Part shown: positions 10,901 to 24,489 of the stretch, one piece after another
How the letters are laid out: every line of letters begins with the position of its first letter
Position numbering within the stretch: position 1 is the stretch's first letter
Assembly: GCA_032718475.1 (NCBI GenBank)
Contig: JAUCBJ010007266.1
Span: forward strand, 1-59,286
Direction: 5' to 3'
DNA: 59,286 nucleotides
Source of the DNA: Nemertoderma westbladi
Lineage: Eukaryota; Animalia; Xenacoelomorpha
The notes under the pieces: generated by a model
Databases searched by the model: none
Told to the model about the DNA's origin: nothing
The model's input: only the letters and a program-made list of their open reading frames with translations
Program-made: the position numbers and the translations under genes

Positions 10901-13900
10901 GCGTTCGAGGGGCTCGATATGATCCCGAAAGTCTGGATTGTCATCCAGTACTCCACCGGTTTTCGGTTGAGGTCTCCTTCAGGCCACCACAGAAATCGTA
11001 GGCTGTCTCGATCCCTAGCTAACGCTTTAACTTGTAGAAACATGCCTTCAATGTCCGAAGCAAAGGCGATCGAATATTGCCGCAGTCGTAATAATATTCC
11101 CAACAAAGATTGGAGTAAGTTGGGGCCCGGCAACAGTTCTGAATTTAGGGATTGTCCCATATAAAGGGTGGAGCCGTCAAACACTACCCGGACATCGTTT
11201 GGTTTACTGGGCTTGGGAACGTAATGATGTGTCAAATAATACGTTCTCTCCATTATGGGTGTTTCTTCTGGAACTCGCTCCGCGTATTCCTTGTCTATAA
11301 ACTTCTTTAATTGAGTCTTATACATTTCTTTGGCTCGATCGTTAGCCGTCAAACGCTGATGCAGTTGTCCGATTCTTTTTTCCGCTAAAGGTCGATTATT
11401 CACGAAACTGGGTTCTCTCCGTCTGAAAGGCAGACCAATTTCATAACGACCCTCATCTTTCAGATAACATGTAGTCGTTTCCTGAATCTGCTTGGCTCTC
11501 TCTTCCTCGACGGATAACGCTTTGTCATAGGAATTAGGCTCTACGGCTTCTTGAGTAAAGAATCGTACGGCGTGTTCATCACGTACCTTACTATTGTACC
11601 GCTCTACCGCTTCATTTAGTTCGTCGTCATAAGTCAATTGTTCGCTATTTTGACTGATAAGGTTACACAAATTAACTTGGTTTAACCAAGTTTGATTCTC
11701 TGTGAGGAGTTCAATGGTATTTTCCTCGTCATACAAATTCTGTATATCGTCGTTATCTGAGGAGCATGGGGTTTCCTCAGCTGGGATTTCTTCTTCACTT
11801 ATATCTTCCTCACATTCATTTACCTGATAGACTTGCTCTCTCGGGAGTCTTTCTTGCAAAGTCCTGTGGGAAGGTCCCGCGAAGTACCAACCTACTCTTG
11901 TTATTCCTGCGTAGGTCTGGAGGGGTCGCGGTCGAGCAGGCCGTTTTTCTATTGTCTCAAGCGCCTCGTTCGCATTTTGGCCTAGTAGTATCTGTACCCC
12001 TGGATAATCGGTACTGAATCTAGGTATGTTGTATTGCTGGGTAAAATGGTCTTCATCCCAGTTGTAAAGCTCCACTTGGCTAGTAGCAAAGTTCTTTGTC
12101 GCCACCATTTTGTCTGACCTTACACTATTTTCACCTAGTTCATCCTGGGGAGTGGACAATGATCCCTCGTAGTAGTCGGTTGATACCGTGGATTTCCAAA
12201 CCTGCATAATTCCAGAAAGGTTCAGTTTGGTTTGGAACTTTGGTTGACCAACAAAGATATATTCGGCTAGGTCTTTGTCTATAAAGGTGCCTGTACTGCC
12301 GGAGTCAAGGAGGGCATTCACTATTAAGCTCTTCCCTATTCCATATACTCTCAGTTGCACCACGGGAACTCTCGGATACCGACAGATGATGTTGGCGCTT
12401 TCCATGAGAGCTGTCGATCCGGAATAGACATTCGGGGTTCCTCTCCCTCCGTTTCGGTCTCATATGTAAGTGCTCGATATACGGTTGTGTTGATCATATA
12501 ACAGGATTCATTTTCGTCTGAAAATTCATCGGTGTAGAATCCTTCCATCTCCGAACTGTGGTTAGTGTCGTTCACATCATTGAATTGGACATGTAATTCG
12601 GGCTCACTTACCTGACTCATCCGGGTCTTATCAAACTCGGTGTGCAGCAAGATATGATGTTTCGCGCCACACTTAGCACACCTCGCGTCTGAGTAACAGG
12701 TTTTCCTTTGATGTCCTCGCCTGAGGCAGTTATAGCACAACCGTTTATCCCACATGACATCACGTCTATCCTTTAGTTATTTCTTTAAGAATTCTTCACA
12801 CCCACTCAAGCGATGTGGCCCATTGCACAATACACACTTAGGTTTGATGTTACTTACCTTAACCTGCGTTGTATTTTGTACGCTAACTCTTTCTTCGGGC
12901 TTCCTTCCATGAATTCTCTTGGGAGATGTAGGGGGAGTTGTTACCTGTTCCTTCTTGCCACTGGTTCGAGCCTTAGATTTACTTACGTCTTTCCTGATCT
13001 TATTTACGTAGTAAGATCTCTCGGTGTCCTTGCCACTATTCTCGTCATAAGACGTTTGGCTTTCATAATCATCTGTATAACACACTGGTGTTACCTTTCT
13101 CCTAGTAACGGGTTTTTCACTTTCCTTACTTTCCGGAGTCTTCTCTTTAGACTGTTTTAGGAGCTGTAATCTTACTGCTCCATTTAAGAACGACATGAGG
13201 TCAGCCATGGTAGGGTCTCTATGTTGTTGTTCCATCAGATAGAGAACCCTTTTGTCCCAGCGAGTACATACTCCACCCTTTGGCAAAGTCAATGCTACGG
13301 CTCCTACAACCATAGAACTATGGTATTCCTGAGACTTACCCAACCAGTCTAGCTGCCTACAGATCTCCTGAATCTCATCAGAAAACTCTATAATCCCGCT
13401 GCTAAGAAACTTTCGGGGCGCTACTAATTTCGCATACAGGTATCTAGCTATGTTAGTCCTATTACCATACCTGATATTAAGTGTATCCCAAACTTGTCTC
13501 AATCCGTCCGGATGTCCAATAAACTTTAACGCCATTAACTTGGGAGGTCCTTCCAAGCACTCGATGAGGAATCGTAGTTTCTCTCCGCTGGATAGTACGG
13601 AGTTCTGTATGTTATCTTTGTAATATTCATTAAAAGGTAACCATTTCATCTCATCTCCATTAAACTTGACGACCTCTCCCACCTTTACCGCTTGACGGGC
13701 TTCCGTTCTAGCCATCTGACGTGTAAAGCTTTCTTGAGCCATCGTATTATTTAATATCGAATTATCGGTATATAAATTTCTCGGCTTATTATCAGATCGG
13801 TATGGGATATCATTATCGACAGGCTTATTGATACCCTTAATAGGGTGTACTATAGGAGTTTCTACTTCACTAGCAGTATAGATGCGTGTAGGCTCCACAC

Positions 13901-15986
13901 CTTGCGCATGAAATACTTCAGATCTAACTGGCTGACACATTGTTACAGATTGGTGGTATACCCATTTGTATATTTACAAATGGAAGGGACTGAACAGTCC
14001 CTTCCAATTCTTGGACTTGTTTGGAAGACCTTAATTTATTGTCTTCTAATTGCCCGAGCAACTCCTCCATCCCCCGTCATCCCTCGTCCATGCACTCTAC
14101 AGCTGACGTAGCCGGATGGCACATTGGGACGACAGGGGACAGTCCATTTATTATCTCTTGCTCGGCGTCTATAACAGTCTAAGATTCTGGCAGTTGTCTA
14201 CTGGGCACAGGTAGTTTGGTACTGTGTAAAGGGAATTTAGAGTTAGGTTCTGGGAGCAAAGGGGTCTCTATTAAGGGAGTGGCTTCGATAACAGGCCTAA
14301 TTATTTCTGGCTCATCTACTATAGTAGGGAGTATTTCTACTCTTATAATTTGGGCTGTTGGCTCTCTGCTCTCTATTACTTAAGTCTACATTAGCTAGCT
14401 CCCTTCTCACCGCAGGGGGTAAGTTAGGCAACTTGGGCCTATGGGGCGCTCTTCTATGTCCGTTTGAACGAGAGTTATTACCTTTACCCTCGGGATCAGT
14501 TGTATCACCTTCATCTGAGGAGGTAAATCCCTGTCTTCTGGGAGTAGATCGACTCAGTAGTTGCATCTGAGTAGCTGCTCTTTGTTTATTTAAGTAATCT
14601 TGTTTCGCCTGAAGGTTCTCCAACTCTAGTTGTACTGTCCCTTCAGATGCCCTCCGTACTGCTTCTGCCACTGCCGCTGCTGCTGCCACTTTTCTTTCAG
14701 CCTCTGCCGCTGCCGCTGCCGGTGCTGCTTTTCTTTCAGCTTCTGCCACTGCCACTGCCGCTGCCACTTTTCTTTCAGCTTCTGCCGCTGCCGCCGCTGC
14801 TGCTACCTTTCGGTCTTCTATTTGCCTCCTTTTTATTTGTTCTTCTTTGTCCATTGCGATGGGAATGCTTTCATCAAATTTAGCCTGCTCCGCAGCTAAT
14901 ATCTCTGCAACTAAAGAGTCCAGAATGAATTTGGCTCCTTCACTATTAGGGTGAAGTCCAGCTAGACGTCTCCTTAGCTCTTTGTCACCTATAAATCATT
15001 GATAATCTGACAGATAGATGTCAATAGCATCCTTCTTCTGAGGTTTTTCGGATACCGCCTCGCCTTCCATATGAGAAAAGGTTGCATCGGTTGATTCTCC
15101 ATGGGTTATGCATTCAGTTAGCTGAATCTTCCATTGTGTTGTTCCCTGGACTTTAGCATTCACTCGTTGGAACCAAGTCTTTACAGCCACCTGCAGCGAC
15201 GTGTCTTGACTTCTCTTCGAGGCCTCTTCAAAGGCTGAAAGGATTAATCTGATCCTCAAGATACGTTCTCTCACTTGGTAAAGCAGCTCTCCCTGCTCTT
15301 GAGGTCCCTGTGGTTGTTGAAATAACTGTGTTTCTATTCTTTCCAAGGAGTTTAAGAATCCCTGGACATATCCAGCTGCTGACCTCTTCCATACAGCTGG
15401 ATCTCGAGTGTCCCTTACTATCCCCATTCGGTATAAGTCTTCCCAGGCAGCTTCCGATAAGTTAAATGGGAGTCCGGGTCCGGGGAAGTTCCATTGAGTC
15501 TCTACAATAGACCTTAGTTCTTCCATCGGGTATCCGGCGTAACTGTCCCTGGTCGATCTCTTATTTCTCATCCAATCTGCTTGATGTTCTTCTACGGCTA
15601 TAAGTACTCTAGTGAGTACTGCCCCAGAAAGAATTAGAAGTGGGTCTGGATAAACCGCTTCTTCCATCCTTGTTCTGATCTCGGGCGTTAACTCTTCGAT
15701 GTCGGAACTAGAGTTACTACGCAGTTGAGAAGTAAGTTCTCGGTTCGGGCACTGTTGCTGTTTTATAGCCGTCGCTTGGTCTCGCTCAACTTGAGCCCTA
15801 GTGCCGATACTAGACCTATGGTTCTTCACTAGCCTAGGGTCTGATACCACTACTGTACGGATGACTTTTCTTACAGTCAGTAGGAGGGGACTTAGACTTC
15901 GGTCTGGGATGTTCCATACTTTGATCTGGGTCACAGATTGTTCTTTCCAAGAGACTATCTGACAGTGTTTGTTTTGTGTCAGACAT
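7921..15986 (-). pseudogene. BEL/Pao gag-pol pseudogene of copy A
   Basis: Start MSDTKQTLSDSLL matches B. Fragments 14996-15934, 14312-14854, 12777-13940, 12351-12755, 10663-12405, 10093-10494, 9217-9894, 8419-9201 and 7994-8533 carry the triple Gag knuckle, ALLDSGS, YMDD, LHVFGDAS, GVDLFGP and GGSWERLI. They are separated by stops and frameshifts. Confidence 0.93.
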
Positions 15987-18583
15987 AATTTATTTTACAG
16001 TTGAATGCCTACTACTATAATAACAGTTAAAGCAAGTCTAGGGGAAATCAGTATCAACTGTCAGTCTAGTAGTTACCAATATCGCTACTCAATGTAACGT
16101 GGTATATATTTAATATTAGAGTACCGGTATACACCTTATAGTATATATATCAGTATTATTTATTACAGTACAGACTATGATCAGTCACAGAATACCGGTA
16201 TATAAGTTTAGCCTAATTTATATAAATATATAATAAGCTTACTGTAAACACCGGTAATATCAATTATTTAAAAATAACTGATTATCCGAATTTTAGGGAT
16301 TATTTCCCTAAAATTTATTACTGATATTAAGCAGCAGTTCAACTGATATTAAGACCTAATTGATGTATAACAGGCCTACTATTTTATAAATCTGATTGAG
16401 TTGATTTATAAATATATATATATATACCCGTAATGGGTTTGGTCAATATTTGAAATAAATGTTATTATTTCTGAGTAAGAAGTCACTACACAGAGGTGGG
16501 ACGCTCTCAGTGGAGTGCTACTTGTTAGACACTAATACTGATAATTCTACTTAACTAAGTTACTTATCACTACAAATTACATACGTATCGGGTTGAGATT
16601 ACACAATCTCTAAATAAACAATAAACAAGTTACACATACAATTTTTTAGGGTAATTTAATAAGAAATTTACGAACCAGACTAACAAGGAGTTAGAATTTC
16701 TGGTTCTTACAAACTGACAGGAATTACGGCATTTGAAACCAATAAAGTAGTATTAAGTACGTTGTGTTGTCCAGATAAGGAAATGCCACCGTCTGATGGC
16801 TTATAGTCTTACACTATAAGCACTACATTATGTACCCGGAGTGTCCTATACCTAGAGGTTAATTATCGAAGCCAACCAGAGCTAACGGACCTATTAACCA
16901 CATTACAACACAAATATACTGCCTATACACTAAATTACTTTCAGGAAAGCGCTGTACTCTAAACCCTAAATTAGGTACAAGCACTTATACAACATATAAC
17001 TAGCAGTTAAATATACGTGAACAGCCAAAAGAACCACGGTATCTGCTGGAGTGACCGGAGCACAAAATCACCAGTCCGTCCTACACCAAGCAGTCCTGAA
17101 GTAGTACCGGGGTTAATTTAACTATAACAGTATGCATAACAAGCATAATTACTGTAAGGAATAAACTTGGGGAGATGAAGGTTGCAAATACTTGCATAAA
17201 CTCTGAATAATAAATATTACGCTACCCGTACAGACTATTCAAATAAAACACAGACTGGCAGACTACCGTCAAGCCTAAATAAACCACAGTATATGCAATC
17301 TCTGAAATGGTTAGTTAGTAAGCGTTCTAACTACGTAGTACGACCTATTCTTTCATGGGGGATTTACCTTACAGCACTGGTGCCTCCACTTTCCTAACTA
17401 GCACTTTATCGGACAGATACTCTACATACACTGCAATCGCCTCAGACCTAACAACAGTCAGACAACAATCCGGCCTACAAATTATTTATACAATCTGAGC
17501 AGGCTTACACGCCTTCTGCTCAATATTACACTTACCGATAAATAAAACTGACAGAAATAAATAACCCATACAAAGGAGTAAGGGGTGATCAATCCCTAAT
17601 CCCCTAACAGCCTACAATATACAATATTTCACAATCAAATAATACTGTTGTACCTGTAAGTATCGGATCAGGCCTACAGTTTACTGTCCTACCGGTGCGT
17701 TTTGGGTTTATTGCCTACTGGGCAATAAAGAAACAAAATCTATTAATCTTCACGCCTTTAGACTTTTAGCAGTTTAACCTGCCAATTTAAATGTCCTTTT
17801 AATTATGAATCGACTTTAGCCCTTACCAATTACCTGGTGTACTGAATTTACATCCGCCGAAGCCAGTCCGTGCGCGGCGTATAGGAAGTTATTGCGGTGT
17901 AGGCTACTTTGTATCATTCGATTGATTGCTACTATATAATCTCTGACAACTATATTTACTTTCGGAGAAATATTAACAGTTCCTTTAGGACGTGGCGCTT
18001 TAAGTATAAAACAGAGTTATGACTTACACTAATCACAACTAGATGGCTACGGAGTTTCGTAAATAGCACATTCTTTAGGAGATACTTTATTAACCTTCAT
18101 ACGATTTCACACTACTTCACACTAATTTATACTAATTCACACTAATTTGCCGACCATCACTGATTTTGATTGTATATAAGGAGGATTGCAACTGACACAC
18201 GTAGGGATTATGAAATAGCATTTAATTCACACAAAACCACTATAAATTGAGTCACAGTTGCTACCGGTAGACCCTTCCTCTGCTTACCTCAGTAATAAAG
18301 AAAGTTGAGGGGTTTACGATTATTTATCGGTATTCTCCAAATATAACATCCATTAATATAAACAGCAATTAACACAATATAAAACAGCATTAAAACAGTG
18401 CGGTGAACAGTCAGTATGGGTTCCAGGTGAGTTATGTTTAGTGCAATGCGTCGTACGACGTGGTATACAAGTTAATAGATTTACGTTCTTATAACTAAGG
18501 CCATCAGATGTTCTTGGGCCTAAGTCTAAAAACGACCGTACTCAGTACAGAATTCTGAGAGGAATCTAATTCTCAGAAAAAAA

Positions 18584-19110
18584 CAAGGACTGCTATACTA
18601 CAGCACTGGCACACTGAATATCCAGACCCCGCTAGCGGGGTCCATTAGTTGCAGAATTCCAGTACTGCTGTCTGGCTGTACAACTGTGTAATCAACCCAA
18701 TTACTTATGTACTTTTTTAAATCAGTGGATTTATATTTATGTATTTAATATTTATTATGTATTGGGCTGGGCTGGTGGCGAGAGTAGTGGGTGGTGCCGG
18801 TGGTGTCTGAATTTTAATGCATAGTGCACGAGCACGAATACTACCATACAGTATTATGGTATATGGACTATCACTGGCTTAGCAATAATTATATCAGCCT
18901 CAAACGTTAAAGCAGGCAGCGAGGCAGGTTTGAGGTAGCTAGGTTCGTCATAAACACATAAGAAGAATAAATAACAATTTATCTGTGAGAGAAAATTGAA
19001 AATTTAACAAATTTGCATCTATTTCGGAGCCATATTAGAAGGGAACTAATGGACCCCGCTAGCTGGGTCTGGATATTCAGTGTGTCAGTCCTGTAGTATA
19101 GCAGTCCTTG
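18584..19110. mobile_element. MITE with ~67-bp TIRs (P-element-like), inserted in the copy A LTR
   Basis: CAAGGACTGCTATACTACAG..GTCCATTAGTT (18584-18650) is the inverted copy of 19044-19110. It is flanked by AGAAAAAA(A) / AGAAAAAA (8-9-bp TSD). CANRG termini fit the P superfamily. Confidence 0.8.
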
Positions 19111-19619
19111 AGAAAAAACATAACTAATGCGCATGCGCAGTTTCCTCAGGTTGGTCTCTACTGGCATAACTGGGAAGATTGCTCTGATTTGCCGAATAAG
19201 CTCAAACAAAGGAATCTCCACGTACACAAAGAATCAGCTGACAGATTTCGTCATCTTGGTTCTAATTTCTGTCCGACGCGTAGTTGAACAATTTTATGGC
19301 TATTTCAGAGTATTCTACGCATTGCGTAAAAATGACTTGTTATGTCCGCAAAAGCTTTTACAATTATTTTCACCCATTGCCTTGATAAAGTATTTATATT
19401 ACAGTATTACGACTGAGTTATGTTATGGCTATATCTAAAATGTGGTCCGTGGTGAGTGCTAGTTTCATCTGACCTGACAATTCAGCAATTGCAGTAAAAC
19501 TTACACAAACATTTAAGTAGCGGTAGCGGTACTCGGTACTGTACTCTGGTACTGGGTACACAATGCAATATTTTTCGTACCAGAGACAGTATTACTGATA
19601 TCTACTTTTTATAAATGTT

Positions 19620-20360
19620 ATAGAACAAGTGTTAGTTATCAATTTTGATAAGTATTTATATTCGAGAACACATTTTTTTCTAGAACATTTTTTGGAAAAA
19701 ATACCATACTACTGTCAGAAGGTCAAATATTTGTTCTAAAAAAAAACCTTATGCTAAATGCCTTTTTATATTATTTCTTAATTGAAATTTAATTTCTTAA
19801 TTTTTCTTAATTGCCTTTTAATTTAAAAAAAATTGGTCAAACAATGGGTACCAAAAAATTTGTCAAACAATGGGTACAATGATACATTACATACATTAAT
19901 GCCCATATTTCACTATGAAAGAAGCTTCGATGGACGATATTTATGCTAAACTAGGCCCAGATAAAAAAAAGTGAGAGAAGACTTACAACAAAAAAAAAAC
20001 GACGTACAGTAAGTTGTGGCAAAAAGTCAAATTTTTGTCTTGCATTCTTATTTGTCTCGACAAAAAAGCCTACTTTTTTTGCCACCACTCAAATAGTCAC
20101 TGTTTTGGATCTTTCAGATACATTACATACATTACATACATGTATACTATATAAAAAGTATTCACGGCATTCTTTAATTTTTAATTGGGGATGTGGCATT
20201 TAACCAGTTTCGGACCCGCACTAGTTTGTTCTAGAACAAAATATAACCAGTTTCGGACTTCACACTCGTTGTTCTAGAACAAAATATGTAATAATGTTCT
20301 AGAACAAATATTTTTTAAAAATAACTAGATAAAGTGTTGTAGAAGAACATTTTCAAAAAA
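19620..20360. repeat. AT-rich non-autonomous DNA-element remnant with repeated GTTCTAGAAC motifs
   Basis: Several (G)TTCTAGAACA(AA) palindromic motifs and a duplicated AACCAGTTTCGGAC. Ends not defined. Confidence 0.35.
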
Positions 20361-20664
20361 TTAACGTTTCGGCATGAATGCTATAAAGGGACTAGACTAG
20401 CCAGGGTGTACCTCTCATCTATACCTTACACCCTCGGTGCCACCTGTATACTATAGGTTGATATCAGAAAAATTAATTTTTAATAAATTGATATAGTTTA
20501 ATATTGCCAGTAATAATTAAAAACTAAACATTATTGATTAAAATATTGTATCGCACAAGGATTGTGTAGAGAAAATACTGTATGATGAAACAGAAACAGT
20601 ACATTAAATATATAGTGTGGCACATAGGTGCCACGGCTCTGACTTGGTTGAAGGCTATTTTCCT

Positions 20665-20810
20665 CGCGCAAATAGCTAGTAGCTTATTCGCAGCCAGTAG
20701 CTACTGGTTTCACGGCAAGTAGCCTCTGGCTGCGGCCAGTAGCTAGTGGCCGCGGCTCTATTGGCAACGAGCCAGTACAGTAGCTACTAGCTCGAATCTA
20801 CTACCTACTG
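20665..20810. repeat. Array of GCCAGTAGC/GCTACTGG/TAGCTAG motifs
   Basis: Short direct and inverted motif array, typical of subterminal repeats of DNA transposons. Confidence 0.35.
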
Positions 20811-20894
20811 TATATTACATCATGGGAACCGGGCTTGGAAGTGGGGTGCCTTTGTAGAACATGGTGGAGTACAATAATACAGCAGCAGTCAGTG

Positions 20895-21080
20895 GGTACG
20901 TAGCAAACTTCGCCTGCGAGAAAGCTTCGCCCGCGTCCAATCTTCGCCCGGAGCAATCTTCTCCCTCAAAATGAGCAACTACCTTTTTCATCGCCCGGAA
21001 GGTTTCCCACGGGCGAAGCTTTACGCGGGCGAAGATTGGCGCGGGCGAAGGATGTACGCGGGCGAAGATTGCACACAACC
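20895..21080. mobile_element. 186-bp MITE (Merlin-like)
   Basis: GG..CC termini, imperfect TIRs (GGTACGTAGCAAACTTCGCC / GGCGAAGATTGCACACAACC), internal inverted arrays of CTTCGCCCGCG, and an exact 8-bp TSD AGTCAGTG (20887-20894, 21081-21088). Confidence 0.8.
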
Positions 21081-21302
21081 AGTCAGTGGGGCTCCAGTCT
21101 TATATAGATATAAAGGATGCTGATTGGTTATCAACATAGAAGTTCCTCTAACAAGTGGGTTTCTGGAGTACAGATTTAATTATTGATGAATGTTTCCTGC
21201 GGGAAGTTAGAATTTCACGTGTTTCTGCGATTGGCTAACAATAGGCTCATAGAATTAACATAAAGATTGGATATTGAGGTAGAGCCTCATGTCTAATGTC
21301 TA

Positions 21303-23315
21303 ATGTCTATAATTGAGGATTCTGTTCCTATCTCAAAACCTATGAAACCGAAAAGTAGTCCAGCAATCAAAAAGATACTTAGGCGAATTCACCGCACTAA
21401 GATAAAACTAAAAGAGAGCTCAAACCCAACGAGAACGGTATCACTATTGGAGAACCTGGATGCTCTAAATATATCTTTGGAATTCGCCCACTCTGAATCC
21501 CGTAGATGTATTGAGGATCGAATAATGAGAGAAAAAAATTCCAAAAAGTTTTGGAGATATAATAAGGACAATCTGGTTCATCGCTGTGGTATCCCTGCAA
21601 TGAAAGATTCGGACGGGAAGGTTTACACCAGTGATGTAGATCGAGCAAACTTAATAAATAACACATTCAAATCCGCATTTACTACTGATGATGGAGTTGA
21701 CCCAAAACCGCCTATCAAACACCCCCCCGGTGTTACACTGTCATCGATAAAATTTGACAGAGCTGAAATCCTCAAAATCCTAAAGAATCTAAAACCTGGT
21801 AAAGCTCCCGGACCTGACAATATACCTACTGCATTGCTACGTAAACTTGCTATCTGGCTTTGTGAACCGCTTGAAACACTATTCCAACAGTTCCTTGATT
21901 GCGGCTTTGTTCCCCCAACATGGCGACTCGCTCATATTGTTCCGACGTACAAACTCAAGGGCTCTCGGTCTGATCCTGCTAATTACCGACCGATTTCCCT
22001 TACTTCAGTTCTGGTTAAAGTAATGGAAACTTCGATAAGAAATGAAATGTTAATATATTTACTACGAATAAAAGCTATCAGCTCCAAACAACACGGTTTT
22101 TTGCAGAAAAGGTCAACCTTCACACAACTACTTGAATCTTCATTTGACTGGGTTAGGATTCGCAATAGTGGACGACCAGTGGATATTATTTATACAGATT
22201 TCCAGAGGGCTTTTGACAAAGTATCTCATCAGAAACTCCTTATTAAACTTCACTCGTTTGGTATACAAGGCAGTTTGTTAGCTTGGATTTCGGCATTCCT
22301 GTGTAACCGCTACCAACGTACAGTAATAAATGGAGCTCTGTCAGATCTGGCTTTGGTCACCAGCGGAGTTCCGCAAGGAAGCGTTATTGCTCCGCTCCTG
22401 TTTATCATTTTCATAAATGATATTACGGACAACATATCCACAAATGTGAAGCTCTATGCGGATGACACGAAATTATACAACTCTATATTCACAGATCTTG
22501 ACTCCATGCTTCTACAAGAAGATATCAACTCAATATGCGAATGGGCAAAGGTTTGGCAGATGAGTTACAATGTCAAAAAGTGCTCAGTCGTCTCTCTACA
22601 GGCTAATAGTCAAACGGTGCGTTCCTACTACATGGGTGAAACGTGTCTACAACATCTCAGTGAAGCGAAGGATTTAGGTGTTATAATATCATCCGACTTG
22701 AGATTCAGTGAGCATGTGGGGCTTGTGTCTGCCAAGGCACGTAGAACCTGTTGTCAGATTCGTCGAAACTTTCATCATCGCAGTGCATACCATCAATTTG
22801 AGCTATTTAGAGTTTATGCACGGTCAATCTTAGAATACAATTGCGCAATCTGGTGCCCCTATCTTGATAAGGACATCAATATTATAGAACAGGTTCAACG
22901 AGATTTTACCCGTCGCCTGCCCGGCCTTCAAGGTTTGAGCTACGCAGAGCGACTGAACCGGCTCAACACCCGTTCCCTTGAGGAACGGCGCATCGTTATC
23001 GATCTGGTGGAAATGTTTAAAATTATTCGTGGGTTCAGTCCTATATCTGATCTACAGATGTTTAAACTGTCATCCACCCGAACTCGATCAAACGGTTACA
23101 AAGTAACCATTCCTCACTCGCGTAACTGTATCCATCAGAACCACTTCTCGGTCCGTCGCATTACCCTGTGGAACTCTCTTCCCTCAACAGTTGTTGGTGC
23201 CTCCACCACGTTGGGTTTTCGCACCCGAATCAATAACATTGATTTATCTGCTCAATGCACTGGTTCCTGGAAAAACACCATGAATACCGTCCATATCTAC
23301 TACAACGTTAATTAA
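21303..23315 (+). CDS. CR1-clade LINE ORF2 (RT and C-terminus; 5'-truncated, no endonuclease)
   Basis: Uninterrupted 670 aa: KAPGPDNI, NYRPISLTS, QHGF, DFQRAFDKV, GVPQGSVIAPLLF, LYADDTKLY, KDLGV, LEY..IWCPY, FSVRRITLWNSLP. An (ATT)n-like tail follows at ~23325-23337. Confidence 0.92.
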   Translation: MSIIEDSVPISKPMKPKSSPAIKKILRRIHRTKIKLKESSNPTRTVSLLENLDALNISLEFAHSESRRCIEDRIMREKNSKKFWRYNKDNLVHRCGIPAMKDSDGKVYTSDVDRANLINNTFKSAFTTDDGVDPKPPIKHPPGVTLSSIKFDRAEILKILKNLKPGKAPGPDNIPTALLRKLAIWLCEPLETLFQQFLDCGFVPPTWRLAHIVPTYKLKGSRSDPANYRPISLTSVLVKVMETSIRNEMLIYLLRIKAISSKQHGFLQKRSTFTQLLESSFDWVRIRNSGRPVDIIYTDFQRAFDKVSHQKLLIKLHSFGIQGSLLAWISAFLCNRYQRTVINGALSDLALVTSGVPQGSVIAPLLFIIFINDITDNISTNVKLYADDTKLYNSIFTDLDSMLLQEDINSICEWAKVWQMSYNVKKCSVVSLQANSQTVRSYYMGETCLQHLSEAKDLGVIISSDLRFSEHVGLVSAKARRTCCQIRRNFHHRSAYHQFELFRVYARSILEYNCAIWCPYLDKDINIIEQVQRDFTRRLPGLQGLSYAERLNRLNTRSLEERRIVIDLVEMFKIIRGFSPISDLQMFKLSSTRTRSNGYKVTIPHSRNCIHQNHFSVRRITLWNSLPSTVVGASTTLGFRTRINNIDLSAQCTGSWKNTMNTVHIYYNVN

Positions 23316-24489
23316 TTATCTATCATTATTATTATTGATTAAATATTAAATGTGTTGGCATAATTTAAATTTAAAACTAATAAACTCAAGCCGCCATACA
23401 AGATTGTGATGAATGATTTATTTTTACTGTAATAATATAATACACTTTGATCCATATTTTAATTAATGTTTCGATCTACAGTACTAAATATTAATAATGT
23501 ATACGTATAGTGAACTATTAATTGTCTGATTTATGTACCGTACTGAATTTTACTCTACAATTTATTACATATTTTGATAAAAATTATTGCGTATTTTTAT
23601 TGCATATTTAAATTTTTTTTTTAAATTTTATTTACTTATTATGCCATATACTGTACCTACTCCAATGTTTCAATGAATTAATATCTATAAATTAATGTGC
23701 ATTACGTAAACATGCACTTTTATTCTGTTCTGCATTTCATTTCATTTTATTTTGTTTATTAATACATAAGTTGTACTTATTTTACTCTGTGGTGCTTTAT
23801 TGCATGGCTGAGTGCATAATTTTAACATACTGTATAAACCAATATTTACTTGATTACCATACTAACTATCCAGGTTGCAAATGAAGTCCTGGCTAACTAT
23901 CCTACCGGTATCTATGAAAATGGTAATCTTGTTTGTTATGTTTGTTATGTTTCGTTACTTTTATATTTGTCGATGTCATTATACTCAAATTCAACTCCAA
24001 ATTCAAATTCAGCAGAATGCAGAATGCGATTTTAGCTCAATTTGCTTCACCTCAATAAATTATCTTGCATTCTTACACTCACTCAATTTCTTGTCTTGTC
24101 TATCAGTTTACAGGTTTATATGGTTGATGTACAAGCCAGCTAATCACAGCCAATTCCATTCCAGCATTCTAAAACTACCATTGTAGGGGCATCTTAAAAA
24201 AGTCGACCCATAAGTTTTAGGGCCTAGCAGTCGGCTGAGCGGCCTGTCTTCAAATTGCTGTATTGCGAGTATTGGTCCCTAAATGACATACTGCAGTACC
24301 GGTACTGACGTACCGTAATCAGTACAGTAGTGCCAAAGCCAAGACGATTATTGTAGACATAGAATTGATATTACCGCTAGCCGCAGCTGAGCTGGTATGG
24401 TAGCCTATTGGGCTATTACATTATCATTCAGTTATTGTTTTCTTAGCAGCTAAGTGCAGTAGTGAACCTAGGCGACCTCAAAAGTGACA

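Larger units (their letters stand above)
7288..19362 (-). mobile_element. BEL/Pao LTR retrotransposon copy A (decayed; 3' cargo and 3' LTR missing)
   Basis: Begins TGTAAAAGCTTTTGCG at 19362 (-), the same as copy B's LTR start. Colinear with B through the leader, gag-pol and ~640 bp of 3' region, ending at TTCTGGAATAAA near the RTE tail. Confidence 0.93.

Noticed and set aside
14630-14899. Cys-rich and Leu/Pro-rich ORFs (also 39622-39922)
   Set aside because: They are antisense readings of the GCA/GCG Ala-rich Gag repeat.
23340-24190. ORFs 23850-24035 and 23875-24186
   Set aside because: AT-rich low-complexity sequence, non-ATG starts and no motifs.
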